This document shows positions 47,874 through 58,959 of a DNA stretch of 64,000 nt, piece after piece. Below the pieces are notes generated by a model that ran no database searches, had not been told where the DNA came from, and worked only from the letters and a program-made list of their open reading frames with translations. A program made the position numbers and the translations under genes. Numbering within the stretch: position 1 is the stretch's first letter; the number at the start of each line of letters is the position of its first letter. The stretch comes from an uncultured Planctomycetota bacterium (GTDB lineage: Bacteria; Planctomycetota; Planctomycetia; Isosphaerales; Isosphaeraceae), in contig CAWJTV010000030.1 in assembly GCA_963845755.1 (NCBI GenBank), positions 1 to 64,000 of the forward strand, given 5' to 3'.

Positions 47874-48258
47874 GGATCCGGCTCCCCTCGTCTCGTAAGT
47901 CAGGCTTTTTTCGCGTCACGGGGTCGGTTCGTCATAATCCGAAGGCGGCTATTCGTCAGGCGGGAAGGCCTGACCTGCTCCCTTACTGGCGATCAGGGCG
48001 CGGACCAGACGCGCCGAGGCGGACATCGATTCCCGTCAGAGCCGGGTCGGATCCGCGGAGTTTGCGCGGGTTTCGACGCCGTGGATTCGCCAACACGGAA
48101 TCCCAACCCAGCTCTCAGTTTACTCGACTGACAGGCCATCGAGAATCCCAGGCGCGGGAAAAGGCTCGCGTCCAGGAAAGGTTGCCAACTGTCCCAGACC
48201 CATCGCTTTCTAATAGAATGGGAAGGAGTCGAGGCGATGAGGTGGAACACTTTGCGGA

Positions 48259-49781
48259 ATGAGGGTCGGTGCCTTGAAAGTCCTAGTCATCGGCAAGGGG
48301 GGGCGTGAGCACGCCCTTTGCTGGAAACTCAAGCAGTCGCGCCGGGTCACTACGATCTTCTGCGCACCCGGTAATGCGGGAACCGCCCTGGACGTCCAGA
48401 ATGTGGCGATCGAGCCGGGCGACTTCCGCGGGTTGGTCCAGTTCGCCAAGCGAGAAGGGGTCGGGCTGACGGTCGTCGGCCCGGAGGAGCCCCTAGCTAA
48501 AGGGGTCGTCGATGTCTTTCAGCGCGAGGGTCTCCGAATCTTCGGCCCACGGAAGGAAGCCGCCGAGCTGGAAGGGAGTAAGGTCTTCGCCAAGGACTTG
48601 ATGCGCCAGGCCGGGATTCCGACCGCCGATTACCGAGTCTTCCGCTCGGCGCCGGATGCCGAGCATTTTGCTTTGTCGCGCGAAGTGGCCCTGATCGTCC
48701 GATCGCGCGGCCGTTCAACAATACGCCATACGCTCCATTGTCGCACGGCCGCTGAAACGCTGGAAGCCATCGACCGGATCATGGACCCGCGCGAGATGCT
48801 CAGCCCGGGCGTCCAGGTCGAGATCGAGGAACGCGGGCAGAAGCGGGTTTTCGGCAACGCCGGTGAGGCTCGCGACTTCGTGCTCGGTCGTCCGTTGGGC
48901 CTGGTCCTGAAAGCCGACGGCCTGGCGGCCGGCAAGGGCGTCTTCGTTTGCGACAACCTCCGACAGGTCCTGGACGGAATCGAGCAGATCATGATTCGCC
49001 GAATCTTCGGCCAGGCTGGCGACCGCCTCATCATCGAGGAGCGGCTCGACGGGGCCGAGACGAGCGTCCTGGCACTCACCGACGGTCGCACGATCGTCCC
49101 CCTGGAATCGAGCCAGGATTACAAACGGGCGTTCGACCACGATGAAGGCCCCAATACCGGAGGCATGGGCGCCTTCTCGCCGACTCCGGTAATCACGGAC
49201 GAGCTGATGGAGCAGGTCGAGCGCGAGATCCTCGTCCCGGCGATCCACGCGTTGAAGCGGCGCGACGCCCCTTTCGCGGTGTGCTCTACGCCGGGCTGAT
49301 GCTGACGAACCAGGGACCGAAGGTCCTCGAGTTCAACGTGCGCTTCGGCGATCCCGAGACCCAGGTGGTCCTGATGCGCCTGAAATCCGACTTGCTGGAG
49401 GTCCTGGAGGCGGTCGCGGACGAACGCCTGGATTCGGTCTCGCTCGAGTGGGACCCGCGGCCGTCGGTCACCGTCGTGATGGCCTCGGAGGGCTACCCGG
49501 GCCACTACGAGAGGGACCGCCTGATCCAGAACCTCGATGTCGTCGAGAAAATGCCGGACGTGAAGGTGTTCCACGCGGGGACGACACTACGGGCCGATGC
49601 CGCACCGGGCCGAGATGCGCGCATCGTCACCGACGGCGGTCGCGTCCTGAACGTCACTGCGCTGGGCGATACCCTGGCCGAGGCGCAGGCCCGCGCCTAC
49701 GAGGCTGCCCGGGCCATCAAATTCCCCGGGGCCTGGTATCGCCGGGATATCGCCGGACGTAGCCCCCGCCTCGCACGATAA
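48259..49781 (+). CDS. purD: Phosphoribosylamine-glycine ligase with an internal B-domain duplication (frameshift near 49265)
   Basis: GGREHA, GPEEPL, KADGLAAGKGV, NTGGMG, EFNVRFGDPE, FHAGT, GGRVL. Confidence 0.96.
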
Positions 49782-49830
49782 CTTGCGTCACCGCGCGATG
49801 ACTTCCGGGGACAGTCCATCTTGCCGTCAA

Positions 49831-51668
49831 TTACTTCTTCTTGCTCGCACTCGCCGCGGCCACACGGGCCAAGTGGAGGTTGCTCGGGAAGTGATCGATC
49901 TTGAACAACCCCTTGAGATTACGCTGCCCGGTGTGATAGACCGTCGGCGCGAGGTAAGGCTCGTAAGGTACGCTCGGTGGGATGATCGGTCCCTTCTTGA
50001 TATGTACGACACGCGCGAAGAACGCCGCGTTGATCGGAGCGGATGTGGAGATCAAGGGGTTCGTCGAATTGTCGATGATCCCCTCGAACTTGACGTTGAT
50101 CACGCCACGCGGCAATACGAGATTGTCCGTGCGCCGAAGGGGTACGTTTCACCTTTGGGCTGCTGGAACTGTCCGGAGACGTCGATCGCGGACGGGCTCA
50201 ATCCGGACGGGTTCGGGTTGACCGACGCCGAGATCACGGAATTCGTGATATTGCCAGCGATCCGACCTTGGATGTACCCCCCGTTCTGCGCGAAGGGCTC
50301 CAGGAAGCTCGTGTTGGGATTGACCTGATGATTGGTGATGGTTGGCGGCGGAGTGCCAAAGAAAACGCCGCTGCCTGCCGACAGGAGGCTCGTCGGCGGA
50401 TCGTTCGTGTCGAAGAACAGGCTCTGTGCATAGCCTGCCTGGATGTTGGTATTCTCGACCGGGCCCCCGATTAAGAGGTTCTGGATCGACCGGCTCACGG
50501 TAAGTGTCGAGTTATTGGCATCGCGATTGGCCCTGAGGTTCTGGATTGCCAGGGTGTTGATTGTTACGTTATCCATGCCCAAACCAAAGGCGATATTGCG
50601 AGAACCGGAAGGGGCCATCAGCATCACGTTGTTCGTCTCGCCGCCGACGAAGAAATTGCTGATCTTGGCATCCAGCGCCCCTTCGACCGGCGACGTACTC
50701 AAGGGATACTCGTTGACCAGGGTCGTGAAATTCGTCGCATTGCCGCCGACCCGTACGTCGCCGATCTGGCCAGTCCCGGCCTCACTACCCTGGGAGATGA
50801 CGAACGTCCCGCCCGGTGCCAGACCGGTCGAGGGCGTGGCCCCGGCGAATTGCGACGGCGCCAACCCGGAAGTCGTATTTCCGTTGATGGTGTTGGCCTG
50901 GAAGAGGTTCAATCGGCCGCCTACCAGGAACGTCACCATGTCCTGGAATGGCGCCGAACCCGATGTGGAATTGGCCTCGGCATCGGATGTGACGCTATTC
51001 ACGATGATGCTGGTACCGGTCGTGATCGGTATACCCAGATTGATCCCGAATTCGTTGCTCTGGCCTGACTGGTTCAGCGGAGTCCCGCCCGGTGGCGTGT
51101 AGTCCGCGTCTACGCCGCCGAGGCGTAACGTGATGACGCCTCCTGGAACCGAGATGACCCCGGCCTGCTTGGCTCCCGAGTGGATCGTCGATGTGATGCT
51201 GGGAGCGACGGTCTCCGTGTGAGCCAGGTAGAAAGTGGGCATGTCGATCGCGGCGATGCCTTCCTGGGCGGTCCGGAAGTTAGAGACTTGTCCCAGGTCG
51301 ATCTTGCCCAGTTCCCCGGTGGGGGTCACGATCAGGTTCTCAAAATACACGTTCGAATCGCCGTTGGCAGCCGGGACCACGGTACCGACCAGCCGCGTCT
51401 CGGACGTGATCGATCCGCCCACCGTGATCGTGTTGATCGAGTCGGCCACCTCGCTCTTCCTGTTGTCAAAGGCCGTGCCATTGGCGTTGACCACATTGAG
51501 CGTCCCCGGACCATAAAGACGGAGCGTCCACTGGGCACCGTCCGGGTCGGTCCCACGCACGGTCGCCGTCGGCGTCCCGTAAGCCGAGGACAGGAGCTGG
51601 CGCGTCTCCAAGCTCTCGGCCATAGGCCGAAGGGATCGTGTCGGTGGCGATGGCTTCCGCTTCGACAT
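49831..51668 (-). CDS. Planctomycete secreted beta-rich protein (frameshift near 50125)
   Basis: N-terminal RSLRPMAESLETRQLLS export-type motif; Gly/Asn/Thr-rich body. Confidence 0.8.
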
Positions 51669-52124
51669 GGATCAGACACCCCTTTCCCAGGAGACAAGGC
51701 CCATAGCCCGTCCGTTCAGGACTGCTCAGCTCCAACTTCCGTGCTGATTCGGGCTAATGTCGCCTTTCCCGTAAATCCGAGCCCCGTCGAGATGGTCCAC
51801 CTCTCCAGGTCGTCCGGATTCGCACTCATGACGTCCTCGACCGACCGGCAATGCGGACCACCAGGGGAGGATCCGCCTGCTTTGAATGAGAATCGGCAGG
51901 ACGTTCGGTATTCTTGAGAGATTCGTTAAGATTATCCTAATCGTCACAACCCGACTGATCGGACGTGGAAATCCCAGGAGGGGTTGGGGCAGGACGATTG
52001 GCCTCTGTTCGTCCCGGTTTCTATCACGGGTGGGACGTTCGAGGTTGGCTGGCTCCGTAACCCGCGACGCGTCCTGCGATGGGTCGGAACACGACACGTC
52101 GGGGCCTGTAAGGACCGCTTCATA

Positions 52125-52581
52125 ATGAGTATCACCCCGAATCCTGCGCCGGCGTCCTTCCGTCCATGTCACCTTGCAACGCGCCGCACGACTGCATCGA
52201 CTCGTCGTATTCTTAGCCGAGATTCCTCGAACTCGCAGCGCGATCCTGTCGGAACTGGAAATCGGCTTGCGGACGTTCTATCGAGAGCTGGAGCTTCTCA
52301 AGCGGTGCGGCGTGAAGGTGCGCGACAAAACCAAGGTATACTTGCTCTTGGCAACCCCTGAGCAGGCGGAGGGACGCTTGCCGTTCCCCGATCCCCAGTT
52401 AAGCTTCGCCGAGATGGCGGAACTCGCTCGATGTGATTGCCCGGCCGGCAAGCGGCTGGCGGACTTGCTCGCCGCCGTAACTCAACGGCCCGAACCGGAA
52501 AAGAAAAAAACGCGAGGGCCACGGTTGACGGGGAGATCGAGCCGAAAGGAGAAAACCCCGGACGGAAAGTCCAGAGAATAA
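52125..52581 (+). CDS. Small winged-HTH protein (start uncertain; probable frameshift near 52148)
   Basis: RAARLHRLV...ILSELEIGLRTFYRELELLKRCGV helix-turn-helix pattern. Confidence 0.7.
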
Positions 52582-52641
52582 CTCGAGTCAACGAGTGGGC
52601 GCGGATTCGATCCGACGACGAGCTATTTAACCGTCCGTCCC

Positions 52642-54140
52642 GAATGCCACGAAGTTAGTGCACAAATCCTGCCTTCTAAACAAGTTGTAGCATCTTGAGC
52701 AAAGGAGGGGCTCCGGGCAATCTGGTGGTAGGTCCCAGCCACCCTGACCCCGAAGGAGCCCTCCCGTGCCGGTACGGATTGTCACCATCTTGGGCCGTCT
52801 CAAGCAAGACCTCGCCGACGGGCTTTCTCGCGAGGCCATCGAGCAGGCATGCAAGCAGGAGAAATACTCGTGGCGCCAGCGGATGCTCGATCCGGTCACG
52901 ACCGTCTATCTGTTTATCCTCCAGATCCTTCACGGCAACACCGCCTGTTCGCACGTGGTCCACTTCGGCCGATGGAACTTCACCGATGCCGCCTACTGTG
53001 CCGCGCGGAAGCGGCTCCCCCTGGCGGTCCTCCGCCGCCTTGCTGCGCGGATCGCCGCGAGTGTCCGGACGGCGACGACGGCCCAATCGACCTGGCACGG
53101 CCACCGGGTCTGGCTCCTCGACGGGTCGAGCTTCTCGATGCCCGACACCCGCGAGCTGCAGGAGGCATTCGGCCAGCCCAGCGGCCAGCGGCGGGGATGC
53201 GGCTTCCCGGTCGCCAAGTTTCTGGCACTCTTCGACCTGGCCACCGGCATGCTCCTGCGGGTCGAGCCGGCGCCGCTCCGCTCGCACGAGATGGCGCGAT
53301 CTCGCCGTGGCCACCTCCGCTCTGAACCCCGGCGACATCGCGCTGGGTGACCGCGCCTTTTGCTCATACGCTCACCTGGCCATCCTCCTGAACCGCAAGC
53401 AGCACGGGGTCTTCCGGCGCATCAGCGCCAGATCATCGACTTCACTCCGGGTCGGCCGCAGGCGGTGCGGGGCAAGGGGAAGAAGCCGCACGAGGCAAAG
53501 ATCCGTCCGCATTCGCGGTGGGTGCTCTCGCAGGGCGAATCCGATCAAGTAGTCATCTGGTCCAAGCCCAAGTCTCATCCGAGATGGATCACCAAGGATG
53601 AGTATGCGTCACTGCAAGAAGAGATCGCGGTGCGTGAGCTGCGATATAAGGTCTCGACGCCGGGATACCGTGTCGGCGAGGTGACGCTGGTGACGACGCT
53701 CCTGGACGCGTCGGTGTACCCGGCGGAGGCGCTGGCGGATCTGTACTTCCGGCGATGGCAGGTGGAAGTTTATCTGAGAGACTTGAAGATCACGTTGAAG
53801 ATGGATGTGCTGAAGTGCAAGACAGTGGATGGCGTGTTGAAGGAGCTGGCGGTCTTCGCCCTGGTGTACAACCTGGTGCGATCGGTGGCGTGCCAGGCGG
53901 CGCAGGCTCAGGGCGTGGCTGCGGACCGGGTGAGCGTGACCGACGCAGTGCGATGGCTGGTGGGCGCCGAAGGGGACGAGGATCTGTCGGTGATCTTGAC
54001 CGTCCCCAAGCGGAAGGGTCGATTCGAGCCGCGCGTCAAGAAGCGCCGCCCGAAACAGTACGATCTGATGACCAAACCCCGCAGAGAACTACGTAAAGAG
54101 CTTCTGGACAACAAGGTTGCAGCTTAAATTCGCGGCATTC
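52642..54140 (+). mobile_element. IS4-family insertion sequence, 1499 bp
   Basis: IRL GAATGCCACGAAGTTA versus IRR(rc) GAATGCCGCGAATTTA (14/16); 11-bp duplication CCGTCCGTCCC at 52631-52641 and 54141-54151. Confidence 0.93.
52766..54127 (+). CDS. IS4-family transposase (frameshifts near 53300 and 53420)
   Basis: AYCAARKRLP, LLDGSSFSMPDT, GDRAF, LYFRRWQVEVYLRDLK (YREK-like). Confidence 0.9.
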
Positions 54141-54767
54141 CCGTCCGTCCCCTCATCGACACAACTTCTCGGCCACTAAAGTAATTTCAATGACCCAGAC
54201 GCATTCACCTCGTCGATTCGTGCTCTCTCCTTCGAGTTGTTCAGAAATGAGACCGCCTCGTCAAATGCGCCGATGCATTAGATGATTAATGATAACACCT
54301 GGTAAGTCGTCGAGAACGGTGCCAGTCAAAAAAACTAGGATGGCAAAGGTGACTTGGATTTGACGTAAGTCGTTATTCCTCGGTCGGACCGCCGACCATC
54401 GCCAAAGGACTTACGGCGATTCCCAGCGACTTTTGCCATCCTAGAAAAAAACCATGACCATTCGTCTTTCTTCTTGACACAATACACCCACCCACTCGTT
54501 CTACGTCGCCGGCATTGACCCACTTCCCTACGGCTGCACACACAGTATTCGTCGGTTCGGGCCATCCCTTCGTCATCGGGTCAAGGTCGCAGTCATCCCA
54601 CCAGGTCTTATGATCGATCCAGGAACCAGTCAGGGGAGTTATTGCTCACCTTGCGTGGTCTATTGGGGTGATGACAAGACCGGATGATCTGGGGTGGCTA
54701 ACAGAAATCCCCGGATTTCCAGGGGCCTTGAGGCTTCATGACGCGTTCCGACTTTCCGAATCGCGAA

Positions 54768-55168
54768 TGACCGGGGAGGGACTCGAACCCTCGACCAACG
54801 GATTAACGTACCTCATCGGCTTTCACCGACCACCGCAACCCGCGCTCGACCGCCAGCGGCCAAACGCGGAGCTTACGGGTTGAAAGTCTGGACTATCCCT
54901 TCGCCATCGCAGGCGTGCCGCGTCTAGTCTCTGGGGCTGAGGCCGGTTCATCGCCGGTCCCTTGCCTGCTGATTACCCAATCCGCTGTCTTTTCGGACCG
55001 TCACGCTTGCCGTTACCGGCGACGTTGTGGTGCCAGCGGCTCTGAGGGCGTCCCAGCATACTGCGGCATGCACTCATCGCGGTTCGGTTTCTTCCCGCGT
55101 GAGGCTCCTCATGACTGCCTCCCGACAGTCTCCAAAGTCCGTTGCTCTACCGACTGAGCTACCCGGTC
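54768..55168 (-). tRNA. tRNA-Lys(UUU), split by an intron; exons 55135-55168 and 54768-54806; no encoded CCA
   Basis: Joined exons GACCGGG-TA-GCTC-AGTCGGTA-GAGC-A-ACGGA-CTTTTAA-TCCGT-TGGTC-GAGGG-TTCGAGT-CCCTC-CCCGGTC-A form a perfect 73-nt cloverleaf. Confidence 0.93.
54807..55134 (-). ncRNA. Group I intron, 328 nt, no ORF
   Basis: P ATGCTGGGAC (55050-55059), Q AATCAGCAGG (54965-54974), R CAGAGACTAGAC (54922-54933), S GAAGGGATAGTCC (54890-54902); P3 TGCCGC/GCGGCA, P4 TGCTG/CAGCA, P7 GACTA/TAGTC; 5' exon ends in U and intron ends in G. Confidence 0.93.
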
Positions 55169-55475
55169 TCTCTGCGATTCCAGATTAAGCGCCAAGGCCC
55201 GTCGCGTCCAGTCTTCGCTTCGATCCAGAACTCCCTTCCCTCTGGCCAGCCGACCCGGCGCGCTCTTTCGGCCCGGGGTGGACAAGACACGAGTCTTGCC
55301 GGAAATCGAGATCCGCATACCATAACTCCTTCGAAATCCGGTCTTTCGAAAGAAGTCTCTCCTCACCAGGAGATCTGGGACTTCCAGGACCTTGCCCCCG
55401 GCCTGGCGATTCCCGACAATGGCTTCGCCGTAATCTTCTCGATTGCAAGGGCATTCCCGCTCAGGATCAGCAGCC

Positions 55476-56243
55476 ATGGCGCAACTCGGTATCGTCACCT
55501 ACAATATCGCCAAGGACTGGGACCTGACCACCATCCTCACCAAGCTCCAGACCCTCGGCTATGAAGGTGTCGAGCTCCGCACGACGCATGCCCACAAGGT
55601 CGAGGTCAACCTGTCGAAGCCGCAGCGAGAGGAAGTCCGCAAGCGGTTCGAAGATTCGGCCGTGCAACTGGCGGGCCTGGGCAGTGCTTTCGAATACCAG
55701 GCGAGGGATCCGGCGATCGTGCGCAAGAACATCGAGGAGACCAAGGAGTACGTCCGCCTGGCACACGATATCGGCGCACCCGGCGTGAAGGTCCGACCCA
55801 ATGGGATCCCCAAGGGGGCCGACCTGGAGGCAACTCTCCGCCAGATCGGCGGGGCCCTGCGCGAAGTCGGCGAGGACGCGAATGACTTCGGAATCGAGAT
55901 CCGACTGGAAGTCCATGGTGCCGTGACCTCGCAAATCGAGAATTTCTCCAAGATCCTGAAATATGCGGGTCACCCGAATGTTTATGCGTGCTGGAATTCC
56001 AATCCGACTGACGTCAAGGATGGCTCGATCCGGGAGACGTTCGCCCTCATCGGCGATCGGATCGGTGAAGTCCATCTCCGCGACCTGACGGACGAGAACT
56101 ACCCTTGGCGCCAGCTCTTCGCCTTGTTGACGTCCAGAAACTATGGCGGCTTCACCCTCGCCGAGATTCCCGAGAGCCCCGATCCCGACCGCGTGCTGAG
56201 GTACTTTCGCGCCCTCTGGCTGGCCTATCAGCCGCATGCCTGA
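55476..56243 (+). CDS. Sugar phosphate isomerase/epimerase (xylose-isomerase-like TIM barrel)
   Basis: GYEGVELR, IRLEVHG, VHLRD, LAE metal-ligand pattern. Confidence 0.85.
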   Translation: MAQLGIVTYNIAKDWDLTTILTKLQTLGYEGVELRTTHAHKVEVNLSKPQREEVRKRFEDSAVQLAGLGSAFEYQARDPAIVRKNIEETKEYVRLAHDIGAPGVKVRPNGIPKGADLEATLRQIGGALREVGEDANDFGIEIRLEVHGAVTSQIENFSKILKYAGHPNVYACWNSNPTDVKDGSIRETFALIGDRIGEVHLRDLTDENYPWRQLFALLTSRNYGGFTLAEIPESPDPDRVLRYFRALWLAYQPHA

Positions 56244-56258
56244 TCCGTCGATTGTTCA

Positions 56259-56936
56259 TCACGGTCGGTCGGAGAGACGAACAAGCACCCAGATGATCAG
56301 GGGCGTGAGCAGGACGAGAAGGAACACGGCCTCCGTGATCCAGAGCCGGGTGGCGCCGGGCTCGGGAAGCCGATCTGGCTCGTCGTCATCGGGTTCATCC
56401 AGGTCGTCCCAGTCGGAATCGGGAACGCCAGGAAGATCGTCGAGCCCGTCCTGGGAATCCTCGACCTCGTTCGGTAAAGACCACTTCTGAGATAGGATGA
56501 TCCGCGCCTGGCTTGCCAGGAGCCTCGGCACCTGCAACTTCACTCCGTTGGTCGCTACCTGGTACATGGCCGGGCTTCCCATCCGCTCCCCTTCGACGAA
56601 GGTTGGGATGCCCTCGGCTTCGAGTCGAATCCTGGCGGCTTCGGCGGCCAAGGTGTGCGGAAAGGTCGTGATGGTGACCCAGGAGATCGACGCGTTGGAG
56701 GATGAGAGCATGGGCGGGCCGGGCTCGTCGGCCTCGAGCACCACGTCATGTTTGGGACACATCGAGCCAACAGCCAGATTCAGGCGGCGCTCGCAGATGG
56801 GACAGTAGCCTCGGAGATGAAGGCTATTGCCGCAATAGAGGCAGAGCGATCCTTCAAGGGAGTCCTCGGCCACGTGGCCGCAAGCTGGGCAGAATCGTGA
56901 TTCCCGAGTCGGGGAGAGCGGCGTCTTGGGGTCCAT
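56259..56936 (-). CDS. Zinc-ribbon + DUF2007-like protein with C-terminal TM anchor
   Basis: CPAC, CLYC, CPIC, CPKH; AEAARIRLEAEGIP...GVKLQV; hydrophobic C-terminus. Confidence 0.75.
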   Translation of the reverse strand: MDPKTPLSPTRESRFCPACGHVAEDSLEGSLCLYCGNSLHLRGYCPICERRLNLAVGSMCPKHDVVLEADEPGPPMLSSSNASISWVTITTFPHTLAAEAARIRLEAEGIPTFVEGERMGSPAMYQVATNGVKLQVPRLLASQARIILSQKWSLPNEVEDSQDGLDDLPGVPDSDWDDLDEPDDDEPDRLPEPGATRLWITEAVFLLVLLTPLIIWVLVRLSDRP

Positions 56937-57083
56937 GGTATTAAAGCATCAACCGAGTAGTGAGGATCGGCCGGGCGTCGTGGATGCGAGACCGCTCGAG
57001 CGTCCCCTTGAGTCTAGCCTCGGACACGCTTGATGCCAACTTGGTGGATCGGGTGTTCTGGAATGTCCTCCCGGCGGAGCCGA

Positions 57084-58959
57084 TCAGCGCCGAGTGGTGT
57101 CGTTGGGGCTCATCGCGTTGTTCGCCGCTCGCCACTCCGGTACATCGACTCGCGACTGAATCTCGATAAGATGGATACTGCCTGTACGGGTGGCGACCGC
57201 GATCAGCCCGCGCTCGGACGAATAGGCGAGGCCGGTAGGGCGTGTCCGTCCCAGGTTGAACGGCCCGAGCAGTGGGAAGCGGCCGAGGGAGCGCCGTGGC
57301 GAGGTTTGCGAGATCTCCAGGACGGACTCGTCTTGCCGCGTGGAGATCATGTAATCGGGGTTCCGGATCGGGAGGATCTCTTTCAACATTTCCCGCCGTG
57401 TGGCTATCTCAGACCATTCGATCGCGATTGTATCGCCGTCGCCGGTTGCGGGCATCATGATCCAATCCGCGTCGAAGGACCGCGAAACATAGGGCGCAGT
57501 CGAATTGACCTCCTTGGTCCGACCGAGCAGGTGCGGTGCCTCGGGCACGCTGAGGTCAACCGCCATCGTCTGCTTGGACTTGGCGAAGAATATCGCACCG
57601 AATCGTCCCGAGGCCGAGAGCGTCAACCGCTCGGGATCGTCCGTCGGATCGAAGGTGAGCCGGCTCAAGAGGCGCGGCGACTCGGTACCCTGGCCAAGCG
57701 CGAGGACATCAAGCGCGGGCAACGGCTTCTTCTCGTCGCCTTCCGATCGTCCCGAGGACAAAACGAAGAGAAACCGTCCATCAAGCGATGCGGCCAGGTC
57801 ATCCGGATAGAATCCGGCCAGGTTGCGCGACCCTACTTTCTTCCCGTGCAAATCGAACATCTCCCACCAACCCGGCTCCAGGTGCTTCTGATCGCCTGCC
57901 GGACGCTGGAGCACCACAAATCGCGATCCTAGGGTCACGATTGCAACGGGACGCCCTTCCAAATCTGTCTCGGCAATCGGTCGCAGCTTCAGGTTCCGAT
58001 CGACCTGGTAGGTCAATAGGCGATGATAGCGCGGGCAGATGCCGGCTAGCCGATCCCCGTCGGGCGCGAACGCGACGCGCTCGACGCGCTGTTGTCCGGT
58101 CTTGACTCGATCCATCTCCCGGAGAGACCAGGGTCCCACCACGGCTACCACCGACCGGTTCGCATTATGGATGAGCCAGATGCCCCCGATCATCGCAATT
58201 GAGATGAGGACGAGGCCAATCGCCAGGAAGATGACGATCCGACCGCTGGGCGGGGCGGATGTGCCCTGCTTCGGTATGGACCCATCATCGGAGCGGCGTC
58301 GCCACCCGGGGAGTTTCACCCGGTTCTCGGTACCCGCTCGAATCCGAGCAAGGTTAGTGCGATGACGCACGAATAAGAGAACCATCACGGCGATCGAGAA
58401 TAAGCTCATTGCAACATGCTCGCGACCCCAGGGCGCGGTGACGCGGAGGAAATGCGCCGCCACGAAGCCGGCGCCACCCAGAAGAGAGGCCAGCGACATA
58501 TCGCGCGTCGTCAACAACACCACGCCGAATACGATCATCGCCACGGCACAGGAGACGGGATCGAGGGCGAGCACGGCGCCCAGGCTGGTCGCGACTCCCT
58601 TGCCACCTCGAAACTTGAGATAAACCGGAAACGTGTGACCCAGGATCGCCGCCATCGCGATCAGGACCGGCAGGACCACCGGGGTCGCGCCGAGGAATCG
58701 ATGGAAAAGCCAGGGGAAGACCAGAGTGGGAACGAGTCCCTTCAGGGCATCGAGTACCAGGACCGCCACGAAATAACGCGCAGCCCAGGACACGTCCGAC
58801 GTTCGTGGCCCCCAGATTGCCCGAACCGAGCGTCCGGATGTCGATCCCCTTCACCGCGCGTGCGATCAGGTAGCCGAACGGGATCGACCCGATCAGATAG
58901 GCGCTCAGAATCGCCAGCGTCGAGAAGGCGAGCGTACCCGCCGAAGAAATGCCGGTCAC
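57084..58959 (-). CDS. plsY: PlsY glycerol-3-phosphate acyltransferase fused to a C-terminal beta-propeller-like domain (frameshift near 58785)
   Basis: [51 protein letters not shown]; then a TM helix and about 330 aa of beta-rich repeats. Confidence 0.88.

Noticed and set aside
43140..54127. Programmed frameshifting in the IS1380 and IS4 transposases
   Set aside because: No slippery heptamer is seen at the breaks, these families normally use a single ORF, and the same indel pattern affects housekeeping genes.
54807..55134. Group II intron or homing-endonuclease-carrying element
   Set aside because: There is no GUGYG start, domain V or RT. The insert is 328 nt with group I elements and no credible ORF.
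54768..55168. Alternative reading as tRNA-Asn(GUU) (CT + GTTAA)
   Set aside because: This would make the intron end in C rather than the invariant G, and discriminator A73 fits Lys rather than Asn.
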